NCBI GenBank assembly: GCA_964658305.1
Contig: OZ210885.1
Coordinates: 7,502,001 to 7,566,000, forward strand
Direction of reading: 5' to 3'
Length of the DNA stretch: 64,000 bases
Source: Leptogorgia sarmentosa
Taxonomy: Eukaryota
Shown here in pieces: positions 13,332 through 26,359 of this stretch (position 1 is its first letter; the number at the start of each line of letters is the position of its first letter). Under the pieces are notes generated by a model. The model ran no database searches, was not told the DNA's origin, and saw nothing but the letters and a program-made list of their open reading frames with translations. The position numbers and the translations under genes were made by a program.

Positions 13332-15670
13332 AGTGCCACTAACACAATTTTTTTTATTGACTGTATTGAAAGATATAATACAATATAATGCTCTAGTGAA
13401 AAAATTTTTTAATTTCATAAAATATTGCGGATTTTATTGCATGTTGAATATGAAATTTTGTGGACCAGTACCGTCGTTTTGGAAGCCTGGGAATAGTGCA
13501 CTTTTTTGACGTCACGCAAGGTAGTCGGTGTTTTGCTTTGATATTGCGCGAATCAATGTGAATCACATATTATAATCTGTTTGACTAGCATTTCTTTGGT
13601 TTTGGATAAATTTGAATCGTTTTAAAAGATCTTGAGCAGCAGTGAGACAGATTCAGAAGTGAGCTGTCCGTCTGACGACACAAACTACAACTTCATTCCC
13701 CAATATATGACAGAGGATGCAACCCAGTTACCTTGATTCAGCGCATTTTTAAAACGCGCTGAATTTTTAAACAGCGCATTTTTAAAACGCGGTTTAGTTT
13801 GTAGTAGGTTAACACCCTAACTGCTGCTATAAATTGAGCGCACTGAACCGAGAGAGTTACTTGCTTATCAAGCTCACGGCTCAAGCTAACTATCAAGGGC
13901 CGGAGCGCGTATAATATGGGTATGTCTTACTCAAGCCTCGGATAACATTGGGTAATTATCATATATAGTCATACTATACTCGTAATATATATTCATGTAC
14001 CGTCCATATATATTTCACGCAGCTTTATGCTAAGATATTATAGCTTCTGTGTAGTGTTGCATTGATGGCAATAGTCATAACATTGTATTTCAATTCATTG
14101 TATATTTTGCGACATATTGACCTTTGCGCTTAGTTAATTTGATATTTGCTTAATATTGTTGTGTCATAGTAGTCACATTAGTTGCTGCCGAGCGTAGCGA
14201 GGCAGCACACTATTCTTGACACGCGGTGGTTTCCCCAGAGTCTACTCGACCCAGTCTTTCGCGCGAGTTATGTATTGCCGAGATCGAGATCTTGTGTCTG
14301 TCTGTCTGTCTGTCTGTCTGTCCATAAAGATGTTTGTCGTATCCGGGGGCATAATTAAGCTTCAGGGACGTTTGTTAAAACAGGGGAGCGGTCAGAATAA
14401 TTAAGCTTGAAGTACGTAAACAAGATATTGTATTGCGCACGCGGCACGCATCTCCATGTGCGTCAAGAATCGAAAGGTTTTTACAAAAGCGTTTCATACG
14501 GATGCAAGATTGTGCTAATGTTTTATGCGTTGTGGTTGGCCCAGGTTGGGTAATTTGGTATTTATGGCGATCACACATCAATGATGCAAGCAATGTTCAG
14601 AATGCTAGCCCTAATAGACTGTTAGGGTTAGTGTTTACTATGCTATTACTAATAGTATAGTAAACACTAACCCTAACAGTAAACCTTCACCCTAACTGGC
14701 GTGCTGTTGCTTTTCAAAGAACGGGACATAAACACAATATGCGCACTGAATCGCATTTTTAATTATTATGTTGAGCTTGCGATTAAATAACGAGATATAA
14801 ACGTGGTAAACTTAATCGGTAATAATTTTCACTTCGTATGATCGTACACAAAGAACGAAGGCTGTCACACGCTGCTTTCTGAATACTCGGGTATATCACA
14901 TTTCACATCGTGTCATCGTATTACGAAAAAATGTATCTTGCCCAGGCTTTTTAAAAACTCGGATAATCATTTTGACTTCGTATCATCGTATCATGATAAC
15001 AAGTCACTGTTTCAAAAGTGGACAGGTATTCTATAACCCAGCCGGGATTTTAAAGTTTGAGCGCAACGGCAGCACATTTCCTTGCGATAGTAACTCCTAG
15101 TTATAACTTCTATCTATATTTAGTTTTTTATCTTTTTGTTATATTACCGTTACTCGTGCCCGTTTTTTAAATACTTGTATTGTATCGTGTGTTGTTGCTA
15201 TTGTCGATTATTAAATTTCTTTGTAAAACTCACTCGTATCGTGTGCGAACCCGACCGTACCGGCCGTCTTACACATATTTTTCGTCTCTTCTTAGTTAGG
15301 GCTGGTCGTCGTTAAAATAAGGGATTGTGTGCATACTTATGCCATCTTTCAGCCTTGCTTTATTGGTACAACAGGCACCGTTGCAACTAAAAGCCATCTT
15401 TTTGTTTTTAAAACCTGTACAAACGCGAGTTAGAGTAAAGGCAGACGCACGGAATGCAAACACACGAGTACCTTGCGTGACGTCACGAAATTTGCTCGTT
15501 CCAGTCTTATTATGCTCGCGGAAGTGATCCACGTTAACACGCAAATATACGGTGTTCAAATCGCTGTAAAAACGAGACTATTTTATAAAAATCATTCTTG
15601 TTTGGACAGTTATGCTTGAAATTATATAAACTTTCAAAATTGCTAAAAAAAAAATTGTGTTAGAGGCACT
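13332..15670. mobile_element. Non-autonomous Kolobok DNA transposon
   Basis: TIR AGTGCCACTAACACAATTTTTTTT / AAAAAAAATTGTGTTAGAGGCACT, with TTAA on both sides (13328-13331, 15671-15674). The paralogous empty site at ~18011-18040 has a single TTAA. THAP-like start MAFSCNGACCTNKARLKDGISMHTIPYFNDD on the minus strand (~15300-15397). Confidence 0.85.
14180..15102 (+). mobile_element. DINE-1/HINE-like (Helentron-associated) element nested in the Kolobok
   Basis: 5' TGCTGCCG-agcgtagcga-GGCAGCA sub-terminal inverted repeat, (TGTC)n microsatellite at ~14295-14322, 3' CGGCAGCA followed by ...CCTAGTT. Confidence 0.6.
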
Positions 15671-18600
15671 TTAATATACATACAGATAATGTTTCTGCCA
15701 GACCAGGTCACTGAACTTGAGTAGCATACTACACTAGTATATTTTTTGGCTTCGAAGTTACTATATCTCAAGAATTAACGAAGTGGGGTGTGTACTAAGA
15801 AATTACTGAGAACTGACAGTAAATTTGATAAATTAATATATGCACAACGCAGACGTAAATCAGGGTTTGAAAAGCTGCGATACAAAAACGCGGAACTTTA
15901 TGGACTTATGGAGGTCGAGGTAGGCTTAGGAAATGAGCCAGACTAGAAGATTTAGCAGTTCTACTTATAAATGAATAACGTGATTGATAAAGACGACATT
16001 GAATGAGTGGTTATTTTCCACCCCTAAGTGCAGCTATTGGAGTGAGCATTCATGTTGCCTTAAAGACGTTTTATGCGCTTCATGCTTCATCAAAACATTT
16101 CGGTTGCTTGCTCGCTGTGTCAGTCTAGCACATTATAAACACAATTCGTATCAAATATCATATTTCATATGTGCCGCGGCTTCAAAGAAATGTTCCATAT
16201 GCGATTTTTTCAAAACAACTACGGCCTCATTCTTTTGGACACCACTACATTTATTTCAATCACCAAAATATTTATTACATCGTTTTTCTGTCTGGCTTTA
16301 TCTCACATCACTGAAAAGATCGTAGCTACAATAATATCCAACATACTTGACCTTCAAAATCCCAACTATTTTCTTCAAGCGCAGCAGAGCCCATGGCCTA
16401 GAGTGGGCTGTAGCTTCCTCAAATTTTGCTGGGTTATAATATGCTATTTATACTGGAGAGATTCTTGCTAATCAAGTGCTTGCATTAAGGTTAGCTCAGG
16501 AGTTAAGATTGCGCCATTTGTTATTGGTTGATTGAGGAGGCTGTATCAGGCCATATTGTAGTTGAATAGTCTAACTGAGCATTCTGGATGGCTTTTTTTG
16601 CCAACTCGTTAAAAACACAGTGGTTTTCGCTTGTCGAGGGAAATATGAATTGTCTGGCATTACAATGTGTCCAAAGATAAAGTAGTACTGATCAAGGTGT
16701 ATATATTTTCAATTGAATGGGTAAGTCATTGATAATCATCGCTTTCTTTATGTCAGTACGTAATATCATCTGACATCAGAGTAAAATAATAAAGTACATG
16801 ATGGATTGGAGTTAATGAGTTCAAGCATTGACAATCAAGGTTATCTGCTTCAGTACCAATAAACATTTTCATCATGCACTAATGTAACCCAGCGCTATTC
16901 ACGAGAGGCGTTGGGAGATTTGCGATATATTCTGGTTTACTATTTTATAGCTAGATTTCCGCACCTATTTTTATTCCGAGTTAATCTATGACACTATACG
17001 GTATCTATTACTCATTTTAAATGTTTTTTAAGTCGTAATTTTACAGTTACACCAACTAAATTATAACACGCCATGCAAAGTGATGTGCAATGCAATTTAT
17101 AATTAACACAAGTCGTAGTAGAAAGAGGCCATATTCAACTGTGAGGAAATTAAACTGCGTATGTTAACCCCCTTTCGATACGCTTGATTGAAGTTTTATT
17201 TGTTTCCCAAGCAACATGCCATGTATTTTTAACGTGTCAGGTTTCAATATTCCTCGCATTGCTCTTGGCATACGTGCAGCCTAATGATTTATTTCCGCTT
17301 TCGTTTTGAAACTAAAAGAAGATTATCTATTTGGGATCCGAAGTCTTTACACTTTTATGTTTAGTACTTTGAACGTAAAGACCGTACGATATAGCACAAG
17401 AAAAGATTTATTGAAAATGTTGCGATAGACGTACTCAAATAAAGGTAAGAAACATAATATTTCTAGTGTCAATTTGCCAACGCGATTATTGTGGAATACA
17501 GACTGTGTACACTCGCAAATGGCTTTGGAATGTGGCGCAAAATGATCTTAAAATATGCTATACAATACGAGAAATATGAAATATTCTAAGATGGATAAAT
17601 GTATGGATTCGAATTGAATATTTTCCCGTTTCATAATGCTACCTACACATGTTATTGTTATAGCTTGCGTAACTATAAGACAAGGCAAAAGCACAAACAA
17701 GTTCTACTCATATTTATTGAAATATGCAATACGAGACATGACTCAGAATGATTTGGAACTATTTGCAACAATATTGTAGGTTTTAAAACTGAAAAGGTTA
17801 ACCTAACATAATTTTTACATATCGCTCCTATATAATGCACTGATATAATGATTGATTATTAGTGTGAAATTTCATAATATGCGCTGAAATATTCTCACTG
17901 TAATGATGTGAGATATCTGCGGATTCACCTACAAGTATCAGTTGCCTTTGTTCGTTGAAATCACCGAAAGGTCTTGATCCTGATTTATAGACTCATAGAT
18001 TTACTATACACAGAGTTATAGTTAATATACATACAGATAATGTTTCTGCCAGACCAGGTCACTGAACTTGAGTAGCATACTACACTAGTACATTTTTTGG
18101 CTTCGAAGTTACTATCTCAAGAATTAACGAAGTGGGGTGTGTACTAAGAAATGACCGAGAAATGACAGTAAATTTGATAAATTAATATATGCAAAACGCA
18201 GGCGTAAATCAGGCTTTGAAAAGCTGCGATACAAAAACGCGGAACTTTATGGACTTTTGGAGGTCGAGGTAGGCTTAGGAAATGATCCAGACTAGAAGAT
18301 TTAGCACTTCTACTTATAAATGAATAACGTGATTGATAGAGACGACATTGAATGAGTGGCATTTTCCATCCCTAAGTGCAGCTATTGGAGTGAGCATTCA
18401 TGTTGCCTTAAAGACGTTTTATGCGCTTCATGCAATTGAAAACATTTCGGTTGTTAGCTCGCTGTGTCAGTCTAGCACATTATGAACACAATTCGTATCA
18501 AATATCACTATTTCTTTTTATATGTGTCGCGGCTTCAAAGAAATGTTCCCATTGCGATTTTTCCATAACAACTACGGCCTCATTCTTTTGGACACCACTA

Positions 18601-21600
18601 CATTTATTACAATCACCAAAATATTTATTACATCGCTTTTCTGTTTTGCTTTATCTCACACCACTGAAAAGATCGTAGCTACAATAATATTAAAACATAC
18701 TTGACCTTCAAAGCCATTGAGATTAGCTATTGTGCGCAAAGACGCGTTGAGACAGATATTTGCCAGATGTAATGTTTTAGCTTGCCACTCAAGTGATATG
18801 CATGTAGTGAGGATTTAACTTGAAAAATACGTTGATCAAGATCTGCGTATGAAATTTGTTTCACATTAAGTTAGGATGAGTAAACAAGAAAGTGGTTTCC
18901 ATTTGACAAATAAAATTGTAGGGCATCAGAAAATGTGAATAATAATTAATAGGACCTACAGTATCAAGATGGATTGCAATTTAGTGTGTTTACTCATGGG
19001 TTCACCAGTCACCACGCGTTCTTCTTCTCAATTAAATTCATAGAAGATCATTGTTATGGAACAAAAATCTTTACGCTTTTATGTTTCGTACTTTTACACG
19101 GTAAAGACTGTACGTTATGACATAAAACGATATTTGCTGTATTAAAAATATTTCGATCGAAATGTAACATTCCTAGCTTGACTCGGCCAATGCGATTACT
19201 GCGGAATGCAGACTGCGTGTACTCGCGGATATTTTCCTATGCCTTTGCAATGTAGAGTAGAATACAAAGTCTTTAAAAATATCATACGAGAAATTGCAAC
19301 TATTTTCTACAAGCGCAGCAGAGCCCATGGCCCAGAGTGGGTTGTAGCTTCCTCAATTTTTTGCTGGGTTATAATATGCTAACAAGAATATAGGAAGACT
19401 GTATAATCCACGCATACAAATCGAAGAGATTACCGATCAAGAATGGCACGCAAAATTGCTTATGCTGAGCAGGTTTCGCGTTATATTTTGCAGGATACTA
19501 TCTATACTGATCCGCAGTGAATGTGCAGAAATTAAAAATCATATTCTGGTATATCGGATGAAGTTTGAGTTGCGCGCTGTAGTTAGGGATTTAGAGATTG
19601 TAATGGGGGTAGTATCGCATAGCTCTTGGCTACGTAGACTGTGATTAATCTCCACTTTCATTTTGAGCCTCCAAGATGATATTTTAGAGCAGAAGTCTTA
19701 GTGAAATGTGGGCAACTGTGATGTATTTAGTGAAATAAAGGCAGCAAAAGTCATAACTCTACCTGAATTTGACAAACGACATTTTAAGCCTTAGATAGAT
19801 GTGTTACCGTCATTTTCTCTTTGTATACAATATGGTTATAAAATATGTTTCACTTTCACGTCTGATGGTAGCACGATAGAGAAATCGAAGTGACATATTG
19901 ATAGAAACTAAAGGAAAATTCAAGGAAATTTAAAACTATTTTCCAAGGCATTCTCAGGTTCTCGCAGGCTGAATTTTAATCTGCCGGAAATTGAAAGGGA
20001 TTTCCCCTTTTCTCAAGCCATGTTCTGATTACACTCAGAGTTTTAATATTTTAGCCAGTCTGTGCTTTATTGTAGCAGTGAGTTTCATGTATTTCGTTCT
20101 CTGTCAATATAATCGCAATCATACTACATTGACGAATAATAGAAAGCGGGACAGGGAATAACAAAGGAGGTGAGTTTGATTTAAATGTCTATAAACCAAA
20201 GAAATTCCCGTAGGATTTCCCGTCGCAGAGCTGCGAAGATGCCGTGTGTTAGGAAAGCAATATACCCGTTGGAAGGAAAATACGTTAGACATGAACGACA
20301 CAAATGACGGAACAAATATATTCAACCGTAATAAGGTTACAAATAGGTATAATATGCTCGAAATAATGAACGAACTGCGAAGGGCCAAAGCCGGAAGGTA
20401 AATCTTCATGCTGTACGTACGTTTATATTTTGCCATACATGATTGTATTGATCGCCATTTCAAGCGAATTTATATCCCTATCAGATTTATTTGCTGAAAA
20501 CTCCACCAAAACCTAAAAGTTTTCGCTCTGTTAACACGGAATTTTTCAATACTGATATTACTAATGCTAATAGAAATTGCTCACGAGCGGAATATGGCTT
20601 ACTAAGGAAGATTTGCTTACAAATATTTATAGCTGCATTTCATATGACAAGGTTACAATCATGATTTAATGTTAGTGAAATAATATCAGCAGTCAGTAGG
20701 CTGATAGAAGTCTATCAAAATTCACCTTCTCATGAAACAGGGTGCTCATAACAATATATACTGTACACTTTGGTGAATTCAGTGGCTAATTTTGTCCCCT
20801 TCATTAATGATTTTTCCTACAGCTTCTCTAAGGCATTCCAACCCATTCCATACAAATTTCTTGGCAGTGACTAAGCCAAGCTGTGTTCAGACATACATTA
20901 ATAAATGATATAGAAACTCTAACCCTATCATCATTGACTTTATACTGTAGTACAGCATGCATCAAGTTGTATATTGCATCAGTAGTTTGTGACCTAGCTG
21001 GTGATTCCTAGCATGGCACATAAGTCCAGAGCATTCCCTGTTACACAGGGCCTTCACTTGCTCTAAAAACACCACCAAAACCTCTAGCTTTTGCTCTGCA
21101 AACCCACATTCTTTCAGTACAATTATATTATGCTTAATATAAATTTATTAAATAGTGAAGACAATTCTATTATTTGCCCAGCAAACAAGTTTTGTGTTAC
21201 ATATATTTATAGCTGTTTTATACCACAAGAATTCAATCATGTTTTGATGTTACAAGGATGTCAATCTCCATCAAAAAGTAAAAACTACACAACCAGAAAT
21301 TTGACAAAAAGACATTTTGGAGCATTTTAATACATTGCAGCAACTGTCCCAGCATGTGTATAATTTTTACTCAATATTAAGACACATTAACTCCCCTCAA
21401 AAATTTTCACATTGAGTGAAGTTCTATAAAACCATATTGATTTACATACTGATGATATATTTCACTGCAAATTTCAAGTGTCACAATTGAATTTAGAGTG
21501 TTTTTACCTCAGATTTAGATCAGATCTACATATTTCATTTGTGTTTTGAAATCATAAGGCTAATAAGGGATTGGATTAGATTTGACTACATCAATCTGAA

Positions 21601-23904
21601 TTGAGTTACAACTCATTCTGGATTGAGTCAATTTTGATTTTGATTTCAATCTGGATGGATTGAATTGCTGATTGAAAATAATGCATTGAATATTGCAGAA
21701 AGAATATGAGTGGGCCTGAAACTGCAAAACAAATCATGCATGTTTTTTGCCCGCATGTTTTCATTCCTTAAATTCCAGTTTGCATGTACATAAACTGTCA
21801 AACTAGACATGAGTTTCTTTCTGCCACTTACTGGAAAAATCCCCCTGCCTCTCGCACATTTTACTTTAATTTTCATTCTCTCATCTCCCACAATATTTCC
21901 TGACAAAGGGCCCAGTTGGTCAAAATGTCAAACCTTGTGGTATATCATTTAATATGTAGATATAGTGGGGAATAAATTAGCTGGTTGTCGATAAGTTATT
22001 ACATTATACATGTTCAGTCATCGCACTCAGACATTAGTTAACCCAATTTCAAGATAATGTTAAAATTAGGATTTCATTTTTTGTGGGTAGTTTCTCTCCT
22101 TTTGTATCTTTATCTCCTTTTGTATCTGTATTTCTAAATCTTCATGATTTCGCTGGATCTTCCCATTCTGTTGCCACAAATTACCCATGATCCGAGATCT
22201 TGCCATGCTCTTGCCAAGATTGTATTATCATTCAATCATGATCTTGTAAGTTCCTAGCATAACACATGTTAAAGGCCTGGACAAAATTTTCCCAAAATGT
22301 TGCAAGATTCATGGAAGATTTATCTTCATAACGTCTCTCCATGTGTGATCAGCAGAAGATTGGACGTTTTGAGCGAAGGCCCTTCGTTGGGAGTTACTTA
22401 ATTACAAATTGCCCCCGGAAGGTGGGCCTTTCCTCGAAATGTCAAATGTGTCGTTTAAGTAGAACCTTTCTTTGCTGTCTGTTGATGTTGTTATCAGCTC
22501 TTCTTTGACGTTCGAGATCTTGTCATAATCTTTCTGGATCATCACATGTTGTTGTTGGCAAAAACAAGCATGGGAAAAGTGGTCTGATGCTTAAAATGTA
22601 TATACAGATGTATACGGATGTATATATGGTGAATGTATTTCTATCGTATGCCTTTTGGTGATGAATAGTGGCAGTGCTTGTATTTACTAATGAATTTTGA
22701 AATATTCTTTAATTCTGAATGTGTGTAGTTGCTTGTCCACCACGAAACGAAAGGCAAAAACCATATTTATTTGCGTTTGTAGGGAGTTCAATTCAAATTT
22801 GTCATCTGAGTTCAACGTTAAATTCAACTTTTCTGATGGTAGGATCGTATTAACGTAGAAAGGTATGTAAGAAACAATATTGACAGATTATACAATCCTT
22901 TATTTTAAGCGTTTGAATAAGGCCTTTAATCGAGCAAAACGAGCATCACTATTGATTACACCGATATTCTTCTGTCTCGCGTATCCCGGGAGTCTGCAAG
23001 TATTCTACTGTGCACTTGAGGCCATCCTTATTGTACACTAAATCTTGTTTCACTGCTACAATATTTAAATAATTGCTACTATCACTGTTGTGCGAAGACT
23101 CTTGATTGACAAATTTGTACCATATCCAACAAGAAATTTTTTGCCAAAAACACACATCCTAAAAGATCAAAGTATAATGAAACGTTTTTTTTGACTTCAT
23201 GATATATTTCTGATTTCTCTAGGAACAATCTTTACTCCGGTCGCCTCTTGTGGAAATCAACCTAAGTTTTTGGTAAGTGTGTTAGTATATAATTTTTCAA
23301 CGACTTATCTATCTATCTAGTACCTCTGCAAAGCGGACATTGTTGGTATTTTAGTTTTTGATGTGTTGGCGTAACCTATAGCAAAAATATGTAGTGTTGG
23401 TTGACCTCATTCATCGTCCGTAATTCATCAACTATTTTAAATCCTCGCTTCGACATCCCCAGACACGGTTGATCCTACGAGATCATGTCGAGATTCCTTC
23501 ATGATTCAGTCGTGATTTGTAAGCGGACAAAGCGGACAACTTTAGTGTAAAAAAGAGTAACTTAAGTGTAAAAAAGAGTAAGCGGACAACTTTATTCGAA
23601 CGCTTGAACTGCTGTTGTTGGAGAAAACAGCCCCAATTATTGGCCAAAATCCACCTGTGTGCAAGCGTTGCTTAACTCATTCACGAGATCCGAAGCAATT
23701 CACAACACTATACAAATTTCACAACATTAAATTTCTAATATTTTTCCATTTTCGGACCATTTATATCATTTTTCGCCGCTTCTCTTCAAATTCTTTACCA
23801 TGCGATGCTTACGTGCCTTAGATTTACTATAAGAGTGTAATTATTACGCGAAAATAATCGTGAAATACACTACAATGGTAACTCCGAATAACGTATAAGC
23901 ATTT

Positions 23905-23946
23905 TCATTCAACGTTTCGATTTCATTTAGTCATCTTCAGGATTAG
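23905..23946 (-). ncRNA. Hammerhead-like motif in a solo Penelope pLTR fragment
   Basis: Reverse strand reads CTGAAGA-T-GACT-aaatga-AATC-GAAA-CGTT, with one stem II mismatch. Flanks match 31300-31350. Confidence 0.45.
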
Positions 23947-24914
23947 GATTAGGATTTGATTTTTATCTAAGTTTGTTGGCCAATGTTTTAGGGAATCCGT
24001 TGTGACGCGAAATTCCTGACTTGCTAAATACATGATTATCGCAGTTCTGCACATGCGCAAATGATGTGCGTCATCCACGCTGGCTCATGAATTTCGCAAC
24101 TGCTGAAGCTACAACAACACGTTTTACTTTGATAGAGATTTTTAAGTGATTTTCCTACAAAAATTCTTTACGAATGGCTCCAAATTCAAGTACAGCATCT
24201 GTTGCTGACTGTGCTAGTGTTGAAGTAGCGAAGCCCCAATCGAAAATATATATATTTCTATTTATTTATTATTCATTTCCCGTGAAGTCGCAGATTGTTT
24301 ACTGACTATACTCTATATAAAGTATAATCGATAAAAAACACATATATTCCCGATTGTTTTGTAATATCAGAAATATCAAATTGATTCTAGCTTCGGGGCT
24401 AGATTATAGAATACCCGTCCACTTTTGAAACTATGACTTGTTATCATGATACGATGATACGAAGTGAGAATAATGACGTGATATATAGAAAATCCGAGCA
24501 AGCTCAAAGTTCCTGGGCAGGGTATGTTTTTTCATGATACGATGATACGAAGTGAGAATAATGACGTACTGTAATATAGCCGAGTATTTAAAGAAGTCTG
24601 GGCAAGGTATATTTTTTCGTGATACGATGATACGAAGTGAGAATATTGACGTAATGTAAGAAGCCTTGCCAACATCTATTTTTTCGTGATATGATGATAC
24701 CAACTTAAATGTGATTTACCCGCGATTATTCAAAAAGCATGCGTTTCCTAATACAATTAAATCAAGTGAAAATAATTATGCATTTACTTATGCATATCGT
24801 TTTTATAGACCAACCGCACACTAAACATGCGAAAACAATACGCTTTCTTCGAAAGCCAACGGTACACAATAAGCGTAAACAAACAGTTATTTGTGCTTAC
24901 AATAATATATATTA

Positions 24915-26295
24915 GTGTTTACTGTTCGGGTTAGTGTTCAATGTTTGGGTCAGTGTTTACTGTTCGGGTTAGTGTTCAATGTTAGGGTCAGTGTTTACTG
25001 TTCGGGCTAGTGTTTAATGTTAGGGTCAACCTTTACTGTTCGGGTTAGTGTTCATTGTTAGGCAGTGGCGACGCCAGCCTTTGTCGTTTGGTCATGAAAA
25101 AGACCCACCACAATTAGGGGGGTCCGGGGGGGATTCTCCCCCGGGAAAATTTTGAAATATAGACCCCCAGAATTGCCATTTCCAGCAATCTGGAAATCGC
25201 AGCAGGCCCAGCGCGCGCGTTAAGGAACATCAAATAAATCTCTGACCTGACCTCTGACCTTTTTAAAATTATAATATTATATACAAATCGTCGCGTACTG
25301 AACAAATGATCTTAAATGAGTTAAATCATAAAGTGCACGCTACTTCTGCGTCGTAATAATATATCCAGTTTATTCACAGTATCGGGCTAACGTTAAATTT
25401 AGTTTTGTATGCCTCTATATGGTTTAATTCTTTTAGTATCGAAAATTCTGTAAATCCCCGGCATGTCGTGTAAACAAACATTAACAACCCAAGCTTAGTG
25501 AAGCCTCGTGAAGTCTAGTTTCATTGCTGATATATAAAGAACATCTTAATTGTTTTATCAACGTATTCAAACATGTTGGCCACATTATATTATCATCAAA
25601 TAACATCGTTTTCCGGATTTTCATTCACTTGCAATGAAGAACAGCTTGACATGCTTGATTGACCACGAGAAGACATGTTCATTCAGGCTGAAAGCAAAGA
25701 GGCTGTGTATTCGGGTTGGCTGCCTGTTAGTCATGCAAATCGAAAATTGCATGACCGAACCTTCAAAATTAGCCGCATTGCGCGTGCGCGATCGCCTCTA
25801 ACCAATCAGAAACTAATTAACCTTACTATAAAATAATACAGCTAGTCATGAAATTTGAAAATGCATGACCACACCACGCAAACCACGCAGCAAATCCACG
25901 CAATCATCATCCACGCGTTTGCGCTAATTGCGCAATCGGTCATGCATGTAAAATCTGCATGACCGCTCTGTTGTCATGGTAACAAAGCCGAAATCAATAA
26001 CATTCGAGAACACTTAGCGAAAATATCGCTCAAAGACAATTGATTTGGACAGAAAAATGATGAATAAAACACTTCAGCGCAGAAGTGCAAAGATAAAGTA
26101 TAATTCTATACTGAATAATTTTACCAATCTTATATTTTTAAACATTTTTGAGGAAATTTTTAGTCATGCACTGCATGACTTGCATGACCGCTGGCGTCGC
26201 CACTGTTGTTAGGGTCAGGCTTTTACTGTTCGGGTTAGTGTTCATTGTTAGGGTCAGGCTTTTACTGTTAGGGTCAGTGTTTATTGTTCGGGTTT
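24915..26295 (+). repeat. ~19-bp tandem repeat (GTGTTTACTGTTCGGGTTA / GTGTTCAATGTTAGGGTCA) split by a hAT MITE
   Basis: Units at 24915-25062 resume at 26206-26295. Confidence 0.8.
25063..26205. mobile_element. hAT-type MITE
   Basis: TIR CAGTGGCGACGCCAGC / GCTGGCGTCGCCACTG; 8-bp TSD TTGTTAGG. Confidence 0.85.
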
Positions 26296-26359
26296 CTTGG
26301 AAGGGATTAGCTTGCGTCCATGCGTTTTTAACGGAACACATTTATTTATCTCGGATTTA

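Larger units (their letters stand above)
10430..19590 (+). repeat. Higher-order non-coding tandem duplication
   Basis: 10430-12540 recurs at 16500-18630. 11670-12540 also recurs at 13025-13330 plus 15675-16280. 12541-13022 recurs at 19108-19587. Parallel spurious ORFs (12845/19456; 15984/18421; 16169/18522) reflect these copies. Confidence 0.9.

Noticed and set aside
12845..19644. Family of similar short ORFs as a tandem gene cluster
   Set aside because: Reading frames are not preserved between repeat copies, and there is no splice-consistent model or motif.
22355..22395. Additional hammerheads (22355-22395 minus; also 41068-41090 and 41795-41825 plus)
   Set aside because: They resemble the CTGACGAAGGGC...GCTCGAAACGTC type but have core mutations or lack stem II.
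24915..26295. Interstitial telomere
   Set aside because: TTAGGG occurs only singly inside a 19-bp unit, not as (TTAGGG)n.
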